IMG/VR virus record: IMGVR_UViG_3300010362_000002
Span: 1 to 52,321 of that record
Reading direction: 5' to 3' (one strand)
Source of the DNA: a virus
Taxonomy: Duplodnaviria; Caudoviricetes
DNA: 52,321 nucleotides
Positions 1 to 6,118 of the stretch are shown one piece after another (the stretch's first letter is position 1; each line of letters opens with the position of its first letter). The notes under the pieces were generated by a model that had not been told where the DNA came from, ran no database searches, and saw only the letters and a program-made list of their open reading frames with translations. The translations under genes and the position numbers were made by a program.

Positions 1-123
1 AAACGGCGCTGATCCGATGGCCCGATCAACGCCGTTGCTTTTACGAACTACTTGGGAGCTTTCAACTATTCTACCGGCTTCCGGCTACCGGAGAATTTCG
101 GGTCTTTCGATATCGACATTTGC
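1..123. repeat. Terminal direct repeat, identical to 52199-52321 (assembly overlap of a circular/complete genome)
   Basis: aaacggcgctgatcc...tcgacatttgc is present at both ends of the window. Confidence 0.97.
2..42 (+). terminator. Probable intrinsic terminator between the convergent rightward accessory operon and ORF 85-477
   Basis: Imperfect stem AACGGCGcTGATC...GATCAaCGCCGTT followed by GCTTTT, just after the last + gene (stop at 52194). Confidence 0.6.
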
Positions 124-477
124 AGAGCGGGCATCGATTTCCGCGCCGTCCTGCGTAGTGCTCACTTGGCACACGATGAGAGACCAGACCAGTTCGCGCG
201 AGTAGTTTTCGGCTTGGACTTTGGTCTCTAATAAGTAGCGCGACGATCCGATCTCTCTGAACTTTTTGTATTTGGACCAGTAGGCCGTGTGCGGTGCCCG
301 CAACCGGGCATCGGTCGTGAGCCTGCAGACAAGCTCGGCCTTCTGCTGCAGCGTGAGCGCTCGCGGCGCGGCTGCGGGCTCTGCGGGCGGCACGTACGCT
401 GGCCTATCGCGATCCGACCATAAAATCCAGATCCCCGCCGTGGTCAACAGGCCGCAGGTCCAAAGTATTCGTCTCAA
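85..477 (-). CDS. Membrane-anchored/exported protein, possible moron or superinfection-exclusion factor
   Basis: TTG start with upstream GAGGAG SD; N-terminal hydrophobic segment, Pro/Ala linker, small domain with two Cys; transcribed against the lytic genes. Confidence 0.6.
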   Translation of the reverse strand: MRRILWTCGLLTTAGIWILWSDRDRPAYVPPAEPAAAPRALTLQQKAELVCRLTTDARLRAPHTAYWSKYKKFREIGSSRYLLETKVQAENYSRELVWSLIVCQVSTTQDGAEIDARSANVDIERPEILR

Positions 478-737
478 CAGTTACTCCTCATACCATGATG
501 GCGTGCCGCCGGATGCGCCGACCGGAATCGCGGGATAAATCCCACGCGGAAAACGCAGGCGTTTCACCGCATTTCCCGAAACTCTTCGGGCGGCGCTCTC
601 AGAACCATACCCCTCCGGTCGAAATCCAGATTTTTCCCCAGGAAAAAGCTTCCTGACTTTTCAAACAAAAGTCTGAATTAGAAGCCACAAACGTCGCAAA
701 GTCCCTTCTGAAACCTCTCCACAGAGGTTGGGGCGAG

Positions 738-838
738 GTCCACCCCGTTTAACCCCTCCGCTTCACCCCGAGGGTTAAATCCGGGGTTACACGCGGGGTG
801 AAACGTGGGGTCAATTCACCCCTGGTTTAACCCCTCCG
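738..838. repeat. Array A of (G/A)GGGT(T/G/C)AAA-like motifs in both orientations, 12-bp period
   Basis: AGGGTT 771, GGGGTT 783, GGGGTG 795, GGGGTC 807; inverted copies TTTAACCCC 748, CTTCACCCC 761, ATTCACCCC 814, TTTAACCCC 826. Confidence 0.85.
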
Positions 839-861
839 CGACCTACCTAAAAAACCGCCTA

Positions 862-876
862 ACTAACTTAGTTAGT
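862..876. promoter_or_regulatory. 15-bp palindrome ACTAACT-T-AGTTAGT, candidate operator upstream of the 929 island
   Basis: Perfect 7-bp arms seen directly, about 50 bp upstream of ATG 929. Confidence 0.5.
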
Positions 877-928
877 CGTGCCACTTACTAACACCCGTAC
901 ATACCCTATGTCCTAATCTTGCCTTGAT

Positions 929-1699
929 ATGTCCACTAACAAGCAAGGTAAGCAACGGAGTAAGCCGAACGGCTATCTCTTATTTGAGAATTCGGAGATT
1001 GTAGTTATCGCGACGGGGTTTGTTCGCAAATCGGCTAACCCCAAAACCGGCGACATGATCCAAGTGTGGATACTTGCTCGCGATGTAAACCCCGTGCGAG
1101 CGATCAAGATTGGTGCGGACGTTAAGGTTTGTCTGGATTGTAAGCATCGCGGTAAAGGCGGAAAGAAGCGTACCTGTTATGTACGCGTGGCCAATGCGCC
1201 TTTGGGCGTTTGGAAGGCGTACAAACGCGGCTTATACCCGTTCCTTCCTATTAGTGAGTACTCGCAAGCTTTTGAACGTCGCAAGGTTCGTCGTAAGGTT
1301 CGCTTCGGTGCCTATGGCGAACCTGTTCTAATTCCTGCGGCTATAGTCGCGGAACTATCGCGCGTATCCGATGGATGGACCGGATACACGCATCAATGGG
1401 CTAATCCAGCATTCGCGGAGTACCGCCAATGGCTCATGGCCAGTGTTGACTCTCAGAGCGAGTACGTTGCAGCAAAGGCCGATGGGTGGCGTACGTTTCG
1501 CGTACGCACATCGGTTGAATCGCCCTTAAACGCTCGCGAGATTGTTTGCCCTGCGAGCGATGAGGCTGGTAAGCGAACCACGTGCGAACGTTGCAAGCTG
1601 TGCAGTGGGACCTACCAAGGTGATGGGCGTAAGGACATTGCAATCGTGGTGCATGGCAGTGGTACCAAGCAGTTCAAATTAATTCAGTTAGGAGCATAG
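929..1699 (+). CDS. Cys-rich putative Fe-S protein (phage GP88/DUF7227-like, possibly radical-SAM-related)
   Basis: CxxC-x11-CY (CLDCKHRGKGGKKRTCY), VRFGAYGEP, GWTGYTHQW, LMASVDS, GWRTFRV, and C-terminal CP-x11-CxxCxxC; family recalled from motifs, not searched. Confidence 0.6.
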   Translation: MSTNKQGKQRSKPNGYLLFENSEIVVIATGFVRKSANPKTGDMIQVWILARDVNPVRAIKIGADVKVCLDCKHRGKGGKKRTCYVRVANAPLGVWKAYKRGLYPFLPISEYSQAFERRKVRRKVRFGAYGEPVLIPAAIVAELSRVSDGWTGYTHQWANPAFAEYRQWLMASVDSQSEYVAAKADGWRTFRVRTSVESPLNAREIVCPASDEAGKRTTCERCKLCSGTYQGDGRKDIAIVVHGSGTKQFKLIQLGA

Positions 1700-1711
1700 G
1701 AGTAACAACCA

Positions 1712-1921
1712 ATGAAGCTTAGAGCAAGAATTACCAGACGGACGGAAACACCGACACACAAGTCTATACACTTCGCGTTTCCGAAGGGTGTTAGACCCTT
1801 CATTCGGGAATCGATCCTAATCAGGAATATTGGACCCCGTCCGTACTCCGAAGCAACTATGTGGAGCGCGACCGGCGAAACACTCGTGATGTACTCCGCA
1901 CGTAAGAAAGGGAATCGCTAA
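1712..1921 (+). CDS. Small basic hypothetical protein
   Basis: AGGAG SD; closely follows 929-1699. Confidence 0.7.
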   Translation: MKLRARITRRTETPTHKSIHFAFPKGVRPFIRESILIRNIGPRPYSEATMWSATGETLVMYSARKKGNR

Positions 1922-1923
1922 CC

Positions 1924-2184
1924 ATGAAATACGTAATCGAGATTTACCACAGAGAACACGGACAGTTCCGTCAGGAGTATGACACGCGCTATGACGCTGC
2001 ACTGGATCTAGATCGCGTGCGTGCGCGATACCTGGAAACGGACGGATGGGTCATCGAATGCCGCTTGGAGGTTCTTAGGCGGTACACGTTCCTGGAAGCA
2101 CAGGAAACGCGCTATAGCGCTCAAGACGTGTTCAAACGGTTGTTCGACATGCATATGGAATATTCAGAATCGAGGGTCAAGTAA
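1924..2184 (+). CDS. Small hypothetical protein
   Basis: AAGGGA SD; tight operon spacing. Confidence 0.7.
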   Translation: MKYVIEIYHREHGQFRQEYDTRYDAALDLDRVRARYLETDGWVIECRLEVLRRYTFLEAQETRYSAQDVFKRLFDMHMEYSESRVK

Positions 2185-2185
2185 C

Positions 2186-2335
2186 ATGCTGCGTTTTGTC
2201 GAAGTTATCAAAGCTATCCAGCAGGGCTTACACGTGCTGAAACCGTTGCTCTTCGAAATGGTCCTGTTTCTGTGGGCCGTCATCGAAATGGGCAAGTTTA
2301 TTTGGTCCATTGCGCTTGGTGGCCATGCTGGATAA
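2186..2335 (+). CDS. 49-aa hydrophobic peptide (MLRFVEVIK...FEMVLFLWAVIEMGKFIWSIALGGHAG)
   Basis: ATG 2 nt after the previous stop, GAGGG SD, hydrophobic stretch, followed by a terminator. Confidence 0.6.
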   Translation: MLRFVEVIKAIQQGLHVLKPLLFEMVLFLWAVIEMGKFIWSIALGGHAG

Positions 2336-2360
2336 CTAACCCTCACTTCCCGCGCGATCT

Positions 2361-2405
2361 AAACCCCCCTGCTTAGGTTGAACCTACAGGGGGGTTTCTA
2401 TTTTT
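2361..2405. terminator. Strong intrinsic terminator, potentially bidirectional
   Basis: AAACCCCCCTG-ct-TAGGTT-g-AACCTA-CAGGGGGGTTT followed by CTATTTTT on +; the minus strand reads ...CAGGGGGGTTTAG. Confidence 0.85.
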
Positions 2406-2406
2406 A

Positions 2407-2664
2407 CCCTGCCGCCGTCCTGGTGCCGTCCCTGCCGCCGTCCTGGTGCCGTCCCTGCCGCCGTCCTGGTGCCGTCCTGGTGCCGTCCCTGCGTGCCGTC
2501 CTGGTGCCGTCCCTGCCGCCGTCCTGGTGCCGTCCCTGCGTGCCGTCCTGCCACCGTCCCTGCCACCGTCCCTGCCGCCGTCCCTGGTGCCGTCCCTGGT
2601 GCCGTCCCTGCGTGCCGTCCTGGTGCCGTCCTGGTGCCGTCCCTGCGTGCCGTCCCTGCGTGCC
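2407..2664. repeat. Tandem array of about 21 units CCGTCC(C)TG + GTG/CCG/CGTG/CCA (11-13 bp); + strand almost A-free
   Basis: Parsed directly; only two A residues in about 255 nt; minus strand reads CAGG(G)ACGG in every unit. Confidence 0.95.
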
Positions 2665-2828
2665 TAGAACCCGCTACCAGGGAGGTCGAATGTAACCCCG
2701 CCTTTGTATAAGTGAGGTTTATAAGATGGGCTAAAACCGCGTTTAAAGCCCTGAATTCGCACGACTTAACAGCGTTTATGTAAACCATATAGCACCAACG
2801 CAAGGTGTATTGCTCCCATCGAACGGCG

Positions 2829-2972
2829 TGGGATAAACGGGGGTTACACACCGAAATTTCACCTCGGGGTTAAACCGAGGGTTAAATGTGGGGTCAATTC
2901 ACCTCGATTTAACCCCTCGATTTATCCCCGGATTTAACCCTCGCTTTTCGGCCCGGTTTTCCGAGGGTGAAA
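2829..2972. repeat. Array B of (G/A)GGGT(T/G/C)AAA-like motifs, related to array A
   Basis: GGGGTT 2866, AGGGTT 2878, GGGGTC 2890; inverted TTTAACCCC 2908, TTTATCCCC 2921, TTTAACCCT 2933; GTGGGGTCAATTCACC identical at 805-820 and 2888-2903. Confidence 0.85.
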
Positions 2973-2993
2973 TCTGGACCGCGTCATTCCCGC

Positions 2994-3006
2994 TAAGTTG
3001 TTGATT
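2994..3006 (-). promoter_or_regulatory. IHF binding site next to cos
   Basis: Reverse complement AATCAACAACTTA matches the IHF consensus WATCAANNNNTTR. Confidence 0.7.
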
Positions 3007-3010
3007 CTAT

Positions 3011-3057
3011 GGGTCCTTCCCGGGGTGAAACGGTCGGCGGGCTTCGCGCCCGCACCG
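3011..3057. other. Candidate cos site: cosQ-like GGGTCCT (3011-3017) and cosN-like dyad GCGGGC-ttcgc-GCCCGC (3037-3053)
   Basis: GGGTCCT equals lambda cosQ; dyad centre is about 28 bp downstream, similar to lambda spacing; upstream of TerS and a gpA-type TerL. Confidence 0.7.
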
Positions 3058-3182
3058 CTTGCCTAGCCACAGACACTTAAAGCCTTAAATTTCAGCGAGT
3101 TACAGGCTAGTCAAGAGAAATTTTCGGGGGTTTGTGGCGGGTGCCTGGAAATGTTGTGTATAGTCAACAGCCAAGTGTTGTG

Positions 3183-3212
3183 TTGACACAACATAGACGA
3201 CTAACACATAAT
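3183..3212 (+). promoter_or_regulatory. Sigma70-type promoter upstream of the terminase operon, overlapped by a palindromic operator
   Basis: TTGACA(3183)-18 bp-CATAAT(3207); TGTTGTGT-tg-ACACAACA (3176-3193) covers the -35. Confidence 0.65.
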
Positions 3213-3237
3213 CGGTGCTCAAAGGCCCTGGAATCGC

Positions 3238-3270
3238 AAAAAAGAAGGCCGGTCAACGACTTGACCGGCC
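3238..3270 (-). terminator. Perfect 10-bp hairpin preceded by an A-run (minus-strand terminator or leader structure)
   Basis: AAAAAAGAA-GGCCGGTCAA-cgac-TTGACCGGCC. Confidence 0.55.
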
Positions 3271-3334
3271 CACGAAGCACTAGAAAGCTAACTCGAATAC
3301 AACCGAGCCGAGTGTATCACGGTTTTTGGTTGCC

Positions 3335-3907
3335 ATGAGCTTTCTGGGTGTCAATGCTTACGCACGTCATCGAGGTGTAGCTCCGCGTTCTGTGCAGTAT
3401 GCCATCGAGCGCGGGCGCATTTCGAAGGACCCGAAGTCCGGTCTCATCAATGTCGAAGAGGCCGACATCGCTTGGGAGAAGACCGGCGGCAAACCCAGGA
3501 AGCAGCGCTCCGGTGAAGACGAGCAGAAGGCTGCCTCGACCCGTCGCGCGACCTGGGCGAAGAAGCAGCAGGCCGAAGCGCCGGTAATTCAGGTGGACGC
3601 CGTTGGCGAGCATCCGGCGGCGTCGGTGCGCAGCAGTTACAACGAGAGCCGCAGCGCCAGGGAGTTCTACGACGCGGAGATCAAGCGGCTGGAGCTTGAA
3701 CAGAAGAAGGGCAAGCTCGTGGACGCGCAGAAGGTTTACGACGAGGCGTTCAACACTTACCGCGCGTACCGCGATGCGATGCTCAACATCCCCGACCGCA
3801 TCGCTTCGCAGATCGCGACCGAGACCGACGCGCGGGTCGTGCATGACCTCCTCATCGAGGAGATCCGCAAGACTCTCGATGCGTTCATCAAGTCGAGGGC
3901 CGCATGA
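3335..3907 (+). CDS. terS: Terminase small subunit (Nu1-like)
   Basis: N-terminal wHTH (AYARHRGVAPRSVQYAIERGRI), coiled coil KRLELEQKKGKLVD, MLNIPDRIA; ATGA overlap with TerL. Confidence 0.85.
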   Translation: MSFLGVNAYARHRGVAPRSVQYAIERGRISKDPKSGLINVEEADIAWEKTGGKPRKQRSGEDEQKAASTRRATWAKKQQAEAPVIQVDAVGEHPAASVRSSYNESRSAREFYDAEIKRLELEQKKGKLVDAQKVYDEAFNTYRAYRDAMLNIPDRIASQIATETDARVVHDLLIEEIRKTLDAFIKSRAA

Positions 3908-5838
3908 CGCCGGTGCTCGACGACGCCAGCGTCTACGTACGGGGCGCACGTGCCGGTGCGAGGCCCGATCCGCCGCTACTGGTGAGCGAGTGGGCCGACG
4001 GGCATCGCATGTTGACCACGCGAAGCTCGCCCGAGCCGGGGCCATGGCGCACGTCGCGCACGCCGTACCTCAAAGCCATCATGGACGCGCTTTCGCCGTC
4101 GGCGCGGGCCGAGATGGTTGTGTTCATGGCTGGCAGTCAGGTGGGCAAGACGGAGAGCGGCAACAACTGGATCGGCTACAACATCGAGTTCGCGCCAGGG
4201 CCGATGCTCATGGTGCAGCCGACTACGGAGATGGCCAAGCGCAACTCGAAGCAGCGCATCGCTCCGCTGATCGAAGACTGCCCCGGTCTGAAAGCGCTGG
4301 TGAAAGACTCGCGGTCGCGCGACTCGGGAAACACCATCCTGGCGAAGGAATTTCCCGGCGGCATCCTGGTGATGACCGGCGCGAACTCAGCCAAGGGCTT
4401 GCGCTCGATGCCCTGCCGGTATCTGTTCCTCGACGAGGTGGATGGATACCTGGGCGATGTGGATGGGGAAGGCGAGCCGTGTGCACTGGCGATTGCCAGG
4501 ACGACCAACTTCCCGCGCCGGAAGATCTTCATCACCTCGACGCCGACCATCGAAGGGCGCTCGCGGATCGCGCGGTTCTTCGAGACGAGCGATCAGTCCT
4601 ACTTCTTCGTGCCGTGCCCCAAGTGCCAAGTCAAGCAGACGCTGCGCTTCGAGCAACTCAACTGGAAGAAGGGCGACCCCGATTCGGCGCGGTACATCTG
4701 CGAGGCCTGCCAGTTCCCCATCCCGAACCACATGAAGAACACGATTCTGGGATTGGGCGAATGGCGGCCCACGGCGGAAGGGGACGGCAAGGTTCGCGGC
4801 TTCCATCTGAACTCGCTTTACTCGCCGGTGGGCTGGCTCTCCTGGGCGCAGATCGCGCAGAAGCACGAGGAGTGCGGCAGGGACGTGGAGAAGCTCCAGG
4901 TCTTCTGGAACACCATCCTCGGGCTGCCCTGGCAGGACGAAGGGGAGGTGCCAGATGTAGACCGCCTCTACGAGCGCCGCGAGGGCTACCAGATCGGCGT
5001 CGTCCCTCGCGGCGGCCTCCTGCTCACCGCAGGCGCGGACGTGCAGACGCGCCGCATCGAGGTCGAGATCGTGGCGTGGGGCCGCGACAAGCAATCCTGG
5101 TCGGTCGATTACCGCGTGTTCGAAGGCGACACCTCGCAGACGGCGGTGTACGAGCAACTGGCGAAGCTTCTCGACGAGGACTTCCCCACGGCCTACGGCC
5201 AGCCGGTGCGGATCGCGCGGATGGCCATCGACACCGGCTTCAATACCTTGCCGGTATATGACTTCGTGCGTAAGATGTCCGCCGCCCGCGTGATGGGCGT
5301 CAAGGGCGATCCGGTGCGCACGCCGTCGTTCGTCGGCACACCGTCATTGATCGAGCATGGGCCGCAGGGCAGGGCTCTGCGCTACGGCGTCCGTCTGTGG
5401 CCGGTCAACACCAGCATTGGCAAGGAAGAGCTTTACCGCTGGCTGCGCACCTCGGTGCCGGATCACGACAAAGGCGAGGCGTGGCCGGTGGGCTTCTGCC
5501 ACTTCCCGCAGTACTCCAAGGAATACTTCGAGCAGATCTGCGCCGAGCGCCTCGTGTGGAAGACCGTCGCCGGTTACCGCAAAAGTTCCTGGGAAAAGAT
5601 TCGCGACCGCAACGAAGCGCTGGACTGCCGGGTGTACGCGCGGGCCGCAGCCGCCGCGCTGCGCATCGAAGCCTACACGTACGCCAAGTGGGCCGACCTG
5701 GAGAAGGCGCTCATCGTGGACCAGCCTTCGCAGATCGTGCCGCCGTCGGCGCGAAAGCCGGTGGATAACGCGGAAGCGCCGCGCACACCTACGCCGAAGT
5801 TCACCACTTTCAAAGCCGGGGAGGGATTCCTGGACTGA
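3904..5838 (+). CDS. terL: Terminase large subunit, lambda gpA family
   Basis: VSEWAD, GPWRTSRTPY, Walker A SQVGKT, YLFLDEVDGY, STPT, AGADVQ, RNEALDCRVYA. Confidence 0.97.
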   Translation: MTPVLDDASVYVRGARAGARPDPPLLVSEWADGHRMLTTRSSPEPGPWRTSRTPYLKAIMDALSPSARAEMVVFMAGSQVGKTESGNNWIGYNIEFAPGPMLMVQPTTEMAKRNSKQRIAPLIEDCPGLKALVKDSRSRDSGNTILAKEFPGGILVMTGANSAKGLRSMPCRYLFLDEVDGYLGDVDGEGEPCALAIARTTNFPRRKIFITSTPTIEGRSRIARFFETSDQSYFFVPCPKCQVKQTLRFEQLNWKKGDPDSARYICEACQFPIPNHMKNTILGLGEWRPTAEGDGKVRGFHLNSLYSPVGWLSWAQIAQKHEECGRDVEKLQVFWNTILGLPWQDEGEVPDVDRLYERREGYQIGVVPRGGLLLTAGADVQTRRIEVEIVAWGRDKQSWSVDYRVFEGDTSQTAVYEQLAKLLDEDFPTAYGQPVRIARMAIDTGFNTLPVYDFVRKMSAARVMGVKGDPVRTPSFVGTPSLIEHGPQGRALRYGVRLWPVNTSIGKEELYRWLRTSVPDHDKGEAWPVGFCHFPQYSKEYFEQICAERLVWKTVAGYRKSSWEKIRDRNEALDCRVYARAAAAALRIEAYTYAKWADLEKALIVDQPSQIVPPSARKPVDNAEAPRTPTPKFTTFKAGEGFLD

Positions 5839-5848
5839 GGAACTTCTT

Positions 5849-6118
5849 ATGCCGATTAAACTCAAACCCCGCGCCGGTGTACCGATAGACGATCCGTGCG
5901 CGTTGCTCGCGCTCGCCAAGCAGGCCTATTACCTCATGGTCTCGGGCGGGCAGACCACGGTTATCGACACCCCGGCATTGGGGCACGTCGAATTTTCCGA
6001 AGGCAAGATCGGCGACCTGCAGCGCGTGATCGACGGGCTAGAGCGGCAGTGCGCGGCAGCTAACGGAGTCACCGACTACCCGCGCAGGCGCGTGATCTCG
6101 ATTGAGGCCTGCCCATGA
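5849..6118 (+). CDS. Head-tail joining protein, gpW-like
   Basis: GAGG SD; 89 aa between TerL and portal; AYYLMVSGGQ...VEF...DLQRVIDGLE pattern. Confidence 0.7.
   Translation: MPIKLKPRAGVPIDDPCALLALAKQAYYLMVSGGQTTVIDTPALGHVEFSEGKIGDLQRVIDGLERQCAAANGVTDYPRRRVISIEACP

Noticed and set aside
1-123. Terminal repeat as a biological DTR
   Set aside because: It cuts through a gene end and has k-mer-overlap size; the gpA terminase and cos-like site near 3045 point to cohesive ends, so it is most likely an assembly overlap.
2407-2664. CRISPR mini-array or guide-RNA array
   Set aside because: No unique spacers: linkers are 3-4 nt drawn from four variants, and no cas or Nop-domain gene is recognisable.
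2378-2851. ORFs 2378-2695, 2446-2667, 2469-2711 and 2384-2851(-)
   Set aside because: Open only because the A-free repeat cannot encode stops; unit lengths of 11-13 bp do not keep a frame and no SD is evident.
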